From Candidatus Poribacteria bacterium (GTDB lineage Bacteria; Poribacteria; WGA-4E; WGA-3G): a stretch of 64,000 bases of DNA. The position numbers and the translations under genes were made by a program. Positions 29,508 to 39,746 of the stretch are shown one piece after another. The notes beneath the pieces were generated by a model, which saw only the letters and a list, made by a program, of their open reading frames with translations, did no database searches and was not told the DNA's origin. Position 1 is the first letter of the stretch. Each line of letters begins with the position of its first letter. Location of the stretch: contig CBDANF010000002.1 in the NCBI GenBank assembly GCA_965197475.1, positions 384,001 to 448,000 on the forward strand. The letters run 5' to 3'.

Positions 29508-30560
29508 GTGATGTTAATAAGAACTAGGGCACCTGTCCGTATTGATTTTGCTGGTGGTTGGAGCGATGTCGCTCTTTTCACGGAAGAATCCAAAGGGCTT
29601 GTTGTCAACGGAGCAATAAATCGTTACGCCTACGCAACGCTTGTTTGTGAAAGCCAAACGCAATTCCCCGACTCCGTTGAACTTCAACGTGTCTTGGACA
29701 AAAAGATCCGTATCTATTCTGCCGATTTTGATACATTTGTGGAGGCTGAAGATATAAGGCAACTTGAATATGATGGTAATATTGACCTTATTAAAGCAGC
29801 TGTCCGTCAGATGTCGATCCAAATCGGAGGCTTTGATCTAATTACGCAGTCAAACGCGCCGCCAGGAAGTGGTCTTGGCACTTCCGCAGCAATGGGTGTG
29901 ACGTTAATTGGTGTGCTGGGTGCGCTTAAAGATGTAACGTATCTTCCATATCAGTACGCTGAACTTGCCAGCAGTATTGAACGCTATGAACTCGGTATCC
30001 TTGGTGGAAAGCAGGACCATTACGCGAGTGCTGTTGGTGGTATTAGTTTTATGGAATTTCAGGGAGAAGAGGTAAAGACATCGTCTTTGAAACTGCCTCC
30101 ACACATCCGCTATGAACTGGAAAAAAACCTTGTGCTTTGCTATACCGGACAATCGCGTCTATCAGGCAATATCCATCAGAATGTCACACAGGCGTATAAA
30201 AGTGGCGAACCGGGTGTTAGGAAAGCTTTAGAGAACCTAAAAGCAATCGCAGAAGCCACTAAAACTGCCCTAATTCGTGGGCGTTTAACAGATTTCGGTG
30301 AACTCTTAACTGAAAATTGGCAAAATCAGAAAAAACTACATTCATCTGTAACAAATGAACAGATTGATAAGCTTTTTAACATAGCAAAAGATCACGGGGC
30401 AATTGGCGGAAAAGCGTGTGGCGCAGGCGGCGGCGGCTGTCTTCTCTTCTACTGCCAACCGACACAAGAGCACAGCGTTCGACAAAAACTTGAAGAAGCA
30501 GGCACTCGAATTATTGACTTCAACTTTGATTTTGAAGGCCTTCAAATTTGGAAAGCCTAA
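29508..30560 (+). CDS. GHMP sugar kinase (HddA/fucokinase-like)
   Basis: APVRIDFAGGWSD, PPGSGLGTS, GGKQDHY, GGKACGAGGGG. Confidence 0.9.
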   Translation: MMLIRTRAPVRIDFAGGWSDVALFTEESKGLVVNGAINRYAYATLVCESQTQFPDSVELQRVLDKKIRIYSADFDTFVEAEDIRQLEYDGNIDLIKAAVRQMSIQIGGFDLITQSNAPPGSGLGTSAAMGVTLIGVLGALKDVTYLPYQYAELASSIERYELGILGGKQDHYASAVGGISFMEFQGEEVKTSSLKLPPHIRYELEKNLVLCYTGQSRLSGNIHQNVTQAYKSGEPGVRKALENLKAIAEATKTALIRGRLTDFGELLTENWQNQKKLHSSVTNEQIDKLFNIAKDHGAIGGKACGAGGGGCLLFYCQPTQEHSVRQKLEEAGTRIIDFNFDFEGLQIWKA

Positions 30561-30690
30561 TAGTTAAACAGAATTTCCAGAATCCATTCCTGCCTGCTAA
30601 ATGATTTGGCACACTCCGTGTGCTGTTTTCTATTACAATCAATTTCATAAACGTAAGAAAAATCCTCAATATACTACGGAAGGAAAATTC

Positions 30691-31704
30691 ATGGAAACTA
30701 CCCATATCGAAACCGATTTGGAAGCCGCAGAGTTCTTAAAAACCGCACGTGAAAACATTTTGGCTGAACTGAAAAAGCGAATCGTCGGTCAAAGCGATGT
30801 TATTGACCAACTTCTCATTGCCCTATTTTCACAGGGACACTGCCTACTCGTAGGCGTGCCGGGGTTAGCGAAAACGTTACTGATCAGTACCTTTGCTCAA
30901 ATTCTTAAACTCCCATACAAACGCATTCAATTTACACCGGACCTGATGCCTTCGGATATTATCGGGACGGATATTATTGAAGAAGAAGTGAATACTGGGA
31001 AACGCGCATTTCGTTTTATCAAGGGACCCGTTTTCGCTAACATTGTCCTTGCTGATGAAATTAACCGAACGCCTCCGAAAACACAGGCAGCTCTCTTACA
31101 AGCGATGCAGGAGTACAAAGTAACGGCGGGCGGTAATACTTATGCATTGGAACTACCCTTTTTTGTGTTAGCCACACAGAACCCAATTGAGCAGGAAGGC
31201 ACCTACCCGCTCCCTGAAGCACAACTTGACCGCTTCATGTTCAATATCTACATTGATTATCCGGATAAAGCTGAAGAGAAAGAAATTGTGATGACGACTA
31301 CCTCTGCTTATGAACCTAACATAGAACCGGTTATCACAGGTGAAGAGGTTTTGAGGTTACAACAGATTGTCCGAAAGGTGCCGATTGCCGAGGCGATGGT
31401 AGATTACGCCGTTGAATTGAGCATTAATACACGCCCGACACAGCCTGATGCTCCTGATTTTATTAAAGATTGGGTCAATTGGGGTGCGGGACCGCGCGCA
31501 TCACAATATCTTGTTTTAGGGGCAAAGGCGCGTGCGATTATGCATGGCCGTTATCATGTCAGTTATGAGGACATCAAGGCAGTAGCAAAACCTGTCCTGC
31601 GCCACAGAATCTTGACGAACTTTAATGCTGAAGCGGATGGAATTTCAAGTCTTGATATTATCTCGCAGTTATTGGAAAAAGTGGAACCACCGGAGGTAAA
31701 TTGA
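30691..31704 (+). CDS. moxR: MoxR family AAA+ ATPase
   Basis: GVPGLAKT, IQFTPDLMPSD, LADEINRTPPKTQ, EGTYPLPEAQLDRF. Confidence 0.95.
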   Translation: METTHIETDLEAAEFLKTARENILAELKKRIVGQSDVIDQLLIALFSQGHCLLVGVPGLAKTLLISTFAQILKLPYKRIQFTPDLMPSDIIGTDIIEEEVNTGKRAFRFIKGPVFANIVLADEINRTPPKTQAALLQAMQEYKVTAGGNTYALELPFFVLATQNPIEQEGTYPLPEAQLDRFMFNIYIDYPDKAEEKEIVMTTTSAYEPNIEPVITGEEVLRLQQIVRKVPIAEAMVDYAVELSINTRPTQPDAPDFIKDWVNWGAGPRASQYLVLGAKARAIMHGRYHVSYEDIKAVAKPVLRHRILTNFNAEADGISSLDIISQLLEKVEPPEVN

Positions 31705-31769
31705 GTTCTTACTTCATATTGTTGTGGTTTTAGAAAAAAGGTTCAAATTAGGAGGTTTAATACACTACG

Positions 31770-32006
31770 ATGAATGCCAAAGATACTTCCAACCCGCAGG
31801 ACCAAGACCTTTTTAGAATGGACAAGAACACACTTTCTGTCACAACGCTTTTTGAAAAATCGGACAACAAGGAATATTGGCTTTCCAAAACACCACAGGA
31901 CCGTTTGGAGGCAGTCGAATTGATGCGGCAGATCAACTATGGCTACAATCCAGTTAACGCCCGACTTCAAAGAGTTCTTGAAATTGCTGAATTCACATCA
32001 GATTAA
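31770..32006 (+). CDS. Small hypothetical protein (antitoxin-like)
   Basis: YWLSKTPQDRLEAVELMRQINYGY...RLQRVLEIAE; AGGAGG SD. Confidence 0.65.
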   Translation: MNAKDTSNPQDQDLFRMDKNTLSVTTLFEKSDNKEYWLSKTPQDRLEAVELMRQINYGYNPVNARLQRVLEIAEFTSD

Positions 32007-32020
32007 ATGGGGAAGGCAAA

Positions 32021-32611
32021 ATGGAAGAAAGAGAACATAATCAATCCAGAACGGAATTACCATCCGCGCAACAAACACTTCTAACTGCCGAAGCCTTATG
32101 GAAACAGGCTGATGATGGTTATCGATATGAATTGGTGAAAGGAGTAATACGTAGAATGCCACCAGCTGGATTTGAACATGGGATAAGAACGGCTGAAATT
32201 GGGAGTCTTCTTAACGTACACGTTAAAAAACATAAATTAGGCTATGTTTGTGGTGCTGAAACAGGATTTAAAATTTCTCAAAATCCAGATACCGTGCGCG
32301 CGCCAGATGCAGCGTTTGTTTGCCAAGCCGCAATTGATGAACAAGGTATTCCTAAAGGTTATTGGGAAGGTGCGCCTGATTTTGCCGTTGAAGTCATCTC
32401 CCTAAGCGATACTTATACTGAGGTAGCGGAAAAGGTAGATGAATGGTTAAATGCGGGTTGTGCAATGGTGTGGGTTGTGAATCCACGCCGCGAAACCGTA
32501 GAAGTGTACCGGTCTCCTGAGGATATTACCGTTTTCCGTGGAAATGATATACTTGACGGTGGCGATGTTATTGAAGGGTTTCAATGTCAAGTTCAGGATC
32601 TATTTGTGTAA
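32021..32611 (+). CDS. Uma2 family endonuclease
   Basis: YELVKG, AETGF, VRAPDAAF, APDFAVEVIS, VWVVNP. Confidence 0.93.
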   Translation: MEEREHNQSRTELPSAQQTLLTAEALWKQADDGYRYELVKGVIRRMPPAGFEHGIRTAEIGSLLNVHVKKHKLGYVCGAETGFKISQNPDTVRAPDAAFVCQAAIDEQGIPKGYWEGAPDFAVEVISLSDTYTEVAEKVDEWLNAGCAMVWVVNPRRETVEVYRSPEDITVFRGNDILDGGDVIEGFQCQVQDLFV

Positions 32612-32631
32612 GATATAAGAGCGTCGCAATG

Positions 32632-34005
32632 CTATTCATGAGTCAGCGTATCAGGTGCCTTGTCGGTTTCTTGTTTATAGGCATCTAATTTCCGGTGTAG
32701 TGTCCGCACTCCGATACCAAGAATTTTTGCTGCCTCTGTTTTATTTTCCCCTGTTACCTTGAGAGTTTTATAGATAGCCGCCTTTTCAATTTCTGACATT
32801 TTCATTCCAACCCTACCGATGGTTTGTTCCTCATCAAGCACAGGTAGATACTCTCTTCGATCCTGTGAACCTTCACGCTGTTCCACCGATGTAATGATTG
32901 ATGTAACTTCCTCCTGAGTCAGATTTTCAAGTCCCCTTTGACTAGCTAAAAGCACCTCTGATGCTTTCCTGAAAATTTCTGTTGCGTCGTTTACTTCAGT
33001 AATATGCATCCAACTGTTATCTTCATCGGGAATTTGAGATGGGAACTGATTATTGGAAATAGGATTTGACTTAAGCAAGCTGATTGCAGAAGCGATAAGT
33101 GCTAAGATAATCTTTTGAATGGCTTGACTTTCTATTGCAATCGCTTCGGGAGTCTGATTTGCAACTTGTAAAGATGTTCCTGGCTCATCATTAATTGGAA
33201 CAAGGTATCTGATATGTCCAATTTCTGTATCTATGGGAAAATCTTTAAGTTCAAGTTCCTCGGAAGTTGCTACAATAATAGCGGACTCAACGGCATTTTT
33301 GAGTTGCCGGATATTACCCGGCCAGTCGGCGTTTTCAAGATAGTTGAGTGCTTCAGGCTTTATACCAGTAACGCTTTTATTGTGTTTTGCGCTTAATTCA
33401 GAGATGAACGCATCGACAAAAAGTTGGATATCCTCGCGCCTGTCGCGTAGCTGAGGAATGTGGATCCGAAAGTGGTTCAGTCTATAATAGAGGTCTTGCC
33501 TAAATTTTTTATCCTTGACCGATTTTCCAAGATCAACGTTTGTGGCAGCGATAATTCGGACATCAACTTTAACGCTTTTTTCCCCGCCGAGTCGTGTGAA
33601 TTCTTGTGTTTCTAACACGCGAAGAAATTTTACCTGCACTTCGGGAGACATTTCACTTATCTCATCAAGGAACAGTGTGCCGCCATCTGCAAGTTCAAAC
33701 ACACCGCGGCGTTGGCTCGTAGCACCGGTAAAAGCTCCCTTCTCATGTCCAAAGAGTTCACTTTGCAGGAGGTCTTGGTAAAGCACACCGCAGTTGACTG
33801 CTTTGAAGAGTCGGTTTTTACGGGGGCTATTTTCGTGGATAGTCTGCGCGATAACCTCTTTTCCTACACCTGTTTCCCCTGTGATGAGGACAGTCGCGCT
33901 TGTTGGCGCGACCTGCTGAACTTTGCGCCAAACTACCCGCATCGCTTCGGATTCACCGATAATAGGGTATGCATTTGGATCGGTAAGAGGTGTTGGAAGA
34001 TTCAT
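32632..34005 (-). CDS. Sigma-54-dependent Fis-family activator lacking an N-terminal sensor domain
   Basis: GETGVGKE, GHEKGAFTGA, LFLDEI, FRQDLYYRL, WPGNIRQL, C-terminal HTH NKTEAAKILGI. Confidence 0.92.
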   Translation of the reverse strand: MNLPTPLTDPNAYPIIGESEAMRVVWRKVQQVAPTSATVLITGETGVGKEVIAQTIHENSPRKNRLFKAVNCGVLYQDLLQSELFGHEKGAFTGATSQRRGVFELADGGTLFLDEISEMSPEVQVKFLRVLETQEFTRLGGEKSVKVDVRIIAATNVDLGKSVKDKKFRQDLYYRLNHFRIHIPQLRDRREDIQLFVDAFISELSAKHNKSVTGIKPEALNYLENADWPGNIRQLKNAVESAIIVATSEELELKDFPIDTEIGHIRYLVPINDEPGTSLQVANQTPEAIAIESQAIQKIILALIASAISLLKSNPISNNQFPSQIPDEDNSWMHITEVNDATEIFRKASEVLLASQRGLENLTQEEVTSIITSVEQREGSQDRREYLPVLDEEQTIGRVGMKMSEIEKAAIYKTLKVTGENKTEAAKILGIGVRTLHRKLDAYKQETDKAPDTLTHE

Positions 34006-34039
34006 TTTGTCTCCCTGAAAACCTTGAGATAGGTTTCGC

Positions 34040-34660
34040 TTAACTATTTTGTCGGACAATTTCAAGGATAAGTTGCGGATTATTCTTTACTTCTTCAAAC
34101 ACCTCAAAACCTTGCTTACATGCAGCTTCACACAATTTTTTGAATACGATCCCCTTCAGAGCTGTAAAGTTGGTGTCTAGCGCATGTCTTAAAGATTCTC
34201 CTGCTGGAACAAAATGGGTATTCGGCAGATCAAGTTCAAGTATCATTTTTCTGTGAGTGTCACCAAGAAGGAAAATCTGAGTGACTGAGTCTGCAACTTG
34301 AAAAGGGAGTTGTAGCACTTGGACATATTTCTTCCCCAATAAAAAGAAAACAAGATCGTAATCAACGATCAAAGTCTCTACATGTTCATAGATATGAAGA
34401 TTATTACTGCGTTCTAAAAGATCACCAGTGTTAAGACCTGAAAATGTGACGTTGTAAGGAGCAATAACTTTATTTTCACTTAGCAGACCATACTTCGCTG
34501 AAATAATCGCTAAATCGATAGTTGACTTCCCATAACATGTACGAAGTTGTTTTAATCCTTCCATCAGGCGTTGATGCTGCTGACCTGTATACATCTCTGA
34601 AGCTGGTGCTTTGTAATCCCGCTTCCTGCTAGTGCAGGAGGTAATAACTAATGTCTTCAC
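34040..34660 (-). CDS. DUF6884/YaaA-like protein
   Basis: LVITSCTSRK, PASEMYTG, IISAKYGLL, PYNVTF. Confidence 0.7.
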   Translation of the reverse strand: MKTLVITSCTSRKRDYKAPASEMYTGQQHQRLMEGLKQLRTCYGKSTIDLAIISAKYGLLSENKVIAPYNVTFSGLNTGDLLERSNNLHIYEHVETLIVDYDLVFFLLGKKYVQVLQLPFQVADSVTQIFLLGDTHRKMILELDLPNTHFVPAGESLRHALDTNFTALKGIVFKKLCEAACKQGFEVFEEVKNNPQLILEIVRQNS

Positions 34661-34675
34661 GGAACGAACTCCTCG

Positions 34676-35419
34676 TCAATTATTTTTTACAATTTCAATC
34701 AACCGCTGCGGATCCTGTTTTACATCTTCAAACACCTGGAAACCTTGACTACATGCAGCTTCACACAATCTTCTGAGCACAACACCTTTGAGTGCCCAAT
34801 TGGTGGTGCGGAGACCTTTCTGCAAATCCCTGCCAGTTTCAACAACGTGGACATTCGGTAAGTCTTCATTGACCGCCCGTCTTTGACTTTTTGGTAGCAG
34901 GAAAACCAGTGTCGTTGAACGTTCTACTGCAAAAACGCGTTGCAATGATTCTATATCGTCTTGCCTCAATAACGAAAAAACGAGGTCGTAACTTTCCAAC
35001 AAATTTACCGTCCGTTCAGGTACTCCACTCTCACCGAATTCTAAAACCTCAAGTTCATGAAGGGGAGCAGTGTCAAAAGGAACGATAACGTCCTTCTCGT
35101 CAACTGGATCCTTTTTTCCGTCAACACGACAATAATACCACGGAAAATATAGGTCAATAGTTGTCTTACCGTCCTGCTCGTGTTCCCGAATCTGTTTTAA
35201 GCCCTCGCGTAATTGAACATACAAAGGTCCGGTAAACATTTCCCCAGCGGGTAGGCGGTAGTCTCTACTTTTATCGTACCATCCCTCTTCATTGAAACCA
35301 CATAGTTCTTTTATTCGCGACTTAAGGCGGTCTGGTGAACTACAATCTTCAGCACTGAGCGGGTTATCAAGCTTATGTTTTTGCCCCGTTGTGTAGGAAT
35401 TAAAAATCAATATTTTCAC
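34676..35419 (-). CDS. Diverged paralog of the downstream DUF6884-like protein
   Basis: PAGEMFTG, EGLKQIR, YDLVF and LKGVVLRRLCEAACSQGFQVFE are shared with 34040-34660. Confidence 0.7.
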   Translation of the reverse strand: MKILIFNSYTTGQKHKLDNPLSAEDCSSPDRLKSRIKELCGFNEEGWYDKSRDYRLPAGEMFTGPLYVQLREGLKQIREHEQDGKTTIDLYFPWYYCRVDGKKDPVDEKDVIVPFDTAPLHELEVLEFGESGVPERTVNLLESYDLVFSLLRQDDIESLQRVFAVERSTTLVFLLPKSQRRAVNEDLPNVHVVETGRDLQKGLRTTNWALKGVVLRRLCEAACSQGFQVFEDVKQDPQRLIEIVKNN

Positions 35420-35423
35420 AAGA

Positions 35424-36590
35424 CTACGCTCCCGTTTTTTGCTCCCTTCGCTGCCATATATACAGAATCGGACTGGCGATGAAGACTGAAGAATACGTTC
35501 CTATTAACACACCGACAATGAGGGCTAAGGCAAATGTATTAATTTCTTCCCCAGAGTTGGATAGCACGAAGATGACTGCAACAACAAAAAGGGTTGTTAT
35601 AGAGGTAATAACGGTTCGACTCAGTGATTGATTGATACTTCGGTTTAGTACTTCAACATAGTCGGTGCCGCGCAAAGACACTCCGTTTTCTCGGATACGG
35701 TCAAACACGACGATTGTGTCGTTGAGCGAATACCCGATAATTGTAAGGAATGCAGCGACGGTAGGTAAATTAATTTCCTTTGATAGTAGTGCGAAAAGAC
35801 CTAAGGTGATAAGCACATCGTGGATAAGTGCTGCAATTGCACCGATTGCAAAACGGAATTCAAACCGCCAAGAGATGTAGACCAGTAAAATGGCAATTGA
35901 CGAGAGCACAGACCAGAGTGCCGACCATTTGAGATCACGTCCAACGCTGGGTCCCACTTCAGTAACATTTACACTATCGGAGACAGCTTTCCAACCGTCT
36001 CCTCCTTCCAGAAGGGCATCTGTGAGAATACTGCCGACGCTCGCTTGTATTTGAATGGTAGCGTTTTCTGTCAAATCTATCCCGAATTCTTGTGCGAAAG
36101 TCAGTTGAAGTGCTGTGCCTTCAGCAATAGGTTCCAGATCCCTAATCTCGTTACGCCGTTGTACATCGCCATCAATCAATTCAACCGTATCACCAGATTT
36201 CAAAAGATGCACTTTTTCAGCGGTACTACTCACTTGAAGACTTGTGGCAGTCGCATCACCGGGGTCAACCATAATGGGTATATTAATCGACTGTTCCTGA
36301 AATTCGGGGCGATGTCCCATAGAGATGAATGCTTTGTTTTCATTCGGTTCAAGCTGGATTTTGGCATCTTCGTAGCCTAATTCAGTCAACTTAGCTTTCA
36401 GCTCGGCTTCTGTTACCGCCCTGTCAAATTTCGCTTCAACCTTAACACCTCCTCGGAAGTCGATTCCGAAATTCGGTCCTCCATGGACTATGAGGAAAAT
36501 GATGCCGATAGCGATCAAAACAGCAGAGAACAAAAACCCAGTGCGATGTTTATTGATAAAATCAAAATTTGAATCTATTAGTAGTTGCAA
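35424..36590 (-). CDS. secF: Protein translocase subunit SecF
   Basis: GIDFRGG, VGPSVGRDL, IIGYSLNDTIVVFDRIRE, GTYSSVFIA. Confidence 0.97.
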   Translation of the reverse strand: MQLLIDSNFDFINKHRTGFLFSAVLIAIGIIFLIVHGGPNFGIDFRGGVKVEAKFDRAVTEAELKAKLTELGYEDAKIQLEPNENKAFISMGHRPEFQEQSINIPIMVDPGDATATSLQVSSTAEKVHLLKSGDTVELIDGDVQRRNEIRDLEPIAEGTALQLTFAQEFGIDLTENATIQIQASVGSILTDALLEGGDGWKAVSDSVNVTEVGPSVGRDLKWSALWSVLSSIAILLVYISWRFEFRFAIGAIAALIHDVLITLGLFALLSKEINLPTVAAFLTIIGYSLNDTIVVFDRIRENGVSLRGTDYVEVLNRSINQSLSRTVITSITTLFVVAVIFVLSNSGEEINTFALALIVGVLIGTYSSVFIASPILYIWQRREQKTGA

Positions 36591-36708
36591 TTTTATATCC
36601 TTTCCAAATTCACTTTGGCCGATAGTAAATCAGTAGGTTTCATATTGGGCAGTCTTAGGTATGTATGATTTTAGGTGCCGCTTACGATGCGGAACTGATT
36701 CCTACAAA

Positions 36709-38658
36709 TTAGATGCTTAATTTTTTCACATCCCGATTCCCGATCGTCAATCCGTATATTTCACGTGTGACAACAATTGCTGTGAACATACTTGCAAGGA
36801 TACCGATACCGAGCGTTATTGCAAACCCTTTGATTGGTCCAGTGCCGAAATGATAGAGAACAAGGGCAGTAAAAAATGTTGTGAGGTTAGCGTCCAAAAT
36901 TGTTACAAATGCGCGTTGGTAACCGCTCGTAATAGCAGTCCAGACATTTTTTCCGGTTCGCAATTCCTCGCGAATACGTTCAAAGATGAGAACATTTGCA
37001 TCAACAGACATCCCGATAGTGAGTACAAGTCCGGCGATACCGGGGAGTGTCAATGCTGCACCGAACCCTGCCAAGGCACCCAGAATAATAACCATATTAA
37101 AGACGAGCGCGACAATGGCGACTAACCCAGATAACCGATAGTAAAATATCATGAAGAGTAACACACCGATAAGTCCGATAAGTGCGGCTTTTATTCCGTT
37201 ATCAATAGATTCTTTACCGAGAGTAGGACCAACAGTACGTTCTTCACCAACCTGTACACCTACAGGGAAAGCCCCTGCATTCAAGATATTTGAGAGATAG
37301 TTTGCCTCCTCAAAATTGAAGTTTCCCTCAATAATAGCACTACCTCTAATTTGGGTGTTGATTACTGGTGCAGATTGCACCTTATCATCAAGCAGAATTG
37401 CCAAATGTTCCCCGATATGATCGCCAGTGATTTTGGCAAATTTGCTGCTACCTTCCCGATCAAAATCCATCTGAACGACGATGTCAAAACTGGTACTTCC
37501 GCTTGCTGGTCTTGCATCATCAATATTATGACCTGTTAAGAGGACAGGACTTTCTAAAACATACCAGTTCCCTGTTTCATAATGATAACGAATTTCACTA
37601 TTTTCAGGGAGATTATCTGGAGGGGGTGTATTTGCTGAACCGGACCACAAACTACCACCTGTGGGGGATTTCTTTACCATCTTAAATTCTAAACGTCCCA
37701 TTGTTTGCACAATACGAAGCGGGCCTGAGGAATCCTTCGCCCCTGGCAATTCAACGATAATTCTCGGTCGATTTGCCTCCTGTCGGATGGATGGCTCCGA
37801 GACTCCAAAAGCATCAACGCGGTTTCGCAAGACGATTAATACCTGTTCAATCGCCTTATTGCTGTATTCTTGCATTCCTTGATCAGTTAAGCGGAGTCGA
37901 TAACTGGATTGTGTCTCTTTCTCGGAAACAACCTCTGCATCCTCGAAAAAATCTATACCGTTCAAAAGATTGACCGCTTTATCCAAATACTTCTTTTTTT
38001 CAGCTGGATCGGATCTGAATCGAGAAGGAATTTCCACAAGCACGTTTAATGCATCTTCACCACTAACTTGTTCCGCTTGTCGACATAAAATCTGATCAGC
38101 TTTAAGCCTTTCGGGAATAGAATATGAATTTGTTTTTAGCAACTCTCTTTTTGACTTCTCCAAATCAACTTCAAGGACAAGGTGAACACCGCCTTTCAAA
38201 TCCAAACCTAACTTTAATCGGTTTTCGGGCATGATTCTTCTTAACATCTTTGGGATACTACCGTATAGATGTAAATTCTCCAAGGTTGCAGTTGGATTTT
38301 CTTTTGCTTTGTCGGATATCAACCTGACATAAAATTCCCGTGCTTCAGTGGTATCAAACTCATAGTCAACTGTTTCTTCAAATCCGAGTGTCTTTAAATG
38401 GACTCTGAAGACATCTTTAAGTTCAGTAGTTGCTTGTTGGAAGTTATAACCCTCGGGATATTCCACGTCCGCTAAGCTTACCTTAAAAGTGTTTCCTTCA
38501 CTAACTTCAAAGGGAGGAAGTGTCTCTTGCAGTTCCCGCGGTAGATTTCCATACAATGGAAAGTATAGACTATCCGGCGTAGGAATAAGGTATAAAACTG
38601 ATAACAGCAAAACGCCAATTATTAAAACAATTTTCCAGATATTAAATCTGTACATCAA
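36709..38658 (-). CDS. secD: Protein translocase subunit SecD
   Basis: LKLGLDLKGG, RVDAFGVSEP, TVGPTLG, IGMSVDANVLIFERIREE. Confidence 0.97.
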   Translation of the reverse strand: MMYRFNIWKIVLIIGVLLLSVLYLIPTPDSLYFPLYGNLPRELQETLPPFEVSEGNTFKVSLADVEYPEGYNFQQATTELKDVFRVHLKTLGFEETVDYEFDTTEAREFYVRLISDKAKENPTATLENLHLYGSIPKMLRRIMPENRLKLGLDLKGGVHLVLEVDLEKSKRELLKTNSYSIPERLKADQILCRQAEQVSGEDALNVLVEIPSRFRSDPAEKKKYLDKAVNLLNGIDFFEDAEVVSEKETQSSYRLRLTDQGMQEYSNKAIEQVLIVLRNRVDAFGVSEPSIRQEANRPRIIVELPGAKDSSGPLRIVQTMGRLEFKMVKKSPTGGSLWSGSANTPPPDNLPENSEIRYHYETGNWYVLESPVLLTGHNIDDARPASGSTSFDIVVQMDFDREGSSKFAKITGDHIGEHLAILLDDKVQSAPVINTQIRGSAIIEGNFNFEEANYLSNILNAGAFPVGVQVGEERTVGPTLGKESIDNGIKAALIGLIGVLLFMIFYYRLSGLVAIVALVFNMVIILGALAGFGAALTLPGIAGLVLTIGMSVDANVLIFERIREELRTGKNVWTAITSGYQRAFVTILDANLTTFFTALVLYHFGTGPIKGFAITLGIGILASMFTAIVVTREIYGLTIGNRDVKKLSI

Positions 38659-38916
38659 ATGCTCCTATCTTTTAGAAACTAAATTACGGATGATAGAATT
38701 AGGTAGATTGAAATAAATCTTAATATGTGTTGCTTGTTTGCTCTCAAACTATACACCCTTGTCACTGGACAAAAGGATAAAAGGATTAACGATTCAATCA
38801 ACTTGGCCAATTTTCATCCGTAAATTCCTATTAATCATGTGCATCCGAACAATAGGGTTGTATAGAAATGTATTTTAAATCCTACCAATTATCGAATTTT
38901 TAGAGAATAATTTAGG

Positions 38917-38989
38917 TGCGCCTGGGAGGAATCGAACCCCCGACACGAGGCTTAGGAAGCCCCTGCTCTATCCCCTGAGCTACAGGCGC
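38917..38989 (-). tRNA. tRNA-Arg(CCT)
   Basis: GCGCCTGTAGCTCAGGGGATAGAGCAGGGGCTTCCTAAGCCTCGTGTCGGGGGTTCGATTCCTCCCAGGCGCA; cloverleaf fold, 3' CCA not fully encoded. Confidence 0.96.
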
Positions 38990-39080
38990 GTTTACCTACC
39001 GCCATAAAAACCCGGTTCAAGGTTCAATCTGTTGCTCTGTCTGTTGATTTTCGCAAATTGAGATTAAAACAAAGTATTTG

Positions 39081-39595
39081 CTAAAATTCAACGAGAGAAA
39101 AGATCGGTTGATTCACTACTTTTTTCCGCCCCTCAAATTCCGTAAGTTCTAATAAAAGGGCAATACCTACTATATTCCCACCAAGTATTTTAACGAGTTC
39201 AACCGATGCAGCGAGAGTTCCACCGGTAGCCAAGACATCATCACATATAAGCACGCGACCCCCATCGGGAAAGCGTCCTGATGAATAGCAAGTGAACCGT
39301 TGCCGTATTCAAGGTTGTAGTCTGCTTCATAGGTGTCATACGGCAGCTTCCCGCTTTTACGGATAGGAACAAAACCAATGTCAAGCCGATGTGCAAGGGC
39401 TGCAGCCAGAATGAAACCTCGAGCATCAATTCCGACGATTACGTCAATCATCTCAGATTTATAACGGTTCGCGAAAACCTCAATTGCGGCATTAAAGGCT
39501 GCCCCATTTCCTAAAAGGGGAGTTATATCCTTGAATGAGACTCCTTGTTTGGGGAAGTTCGGTATGTCTCGAATAAATTTTGAAAAATCGCTCAT
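39081..39595 (-). pseudogene. apt: Adenine phosphoribosyltransferase, frameshift in a G5 run (about 39260); possibly a sequencing error
   Basis: FPKQGVSFKDITPL, RKSGKLP, LEYG; the PRPP motif VLICDDVLATGGT lies in the shifted frame. Confidence 0.9.
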
Positions 39596-39746
39596 ACGTT
39601 TACTTTTAACCTTTTTACGAGTGGGATTACCGGATCCTCGTAAAGTAATGGCGAATCAATGGACAGTTGTTTTGTTCGATTTGAAAATCGCTACAACTGA
39701 ATAATTTGTCATTTTTCATTGCGCCTGTAATCTGGTCTGGATCATC

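Noticed and set aside
30606-30625. TGGCAC upstream of moxR as a sigma-54 promoter
   Set aside because: The GC is not at the required -12 spacing from the GG
38917-38989. tRNA-Arg as an integration site for an island
   Set aside because: No duplicated tRNA 3' end and no integrase in the window; the flanks are housekeeping genes
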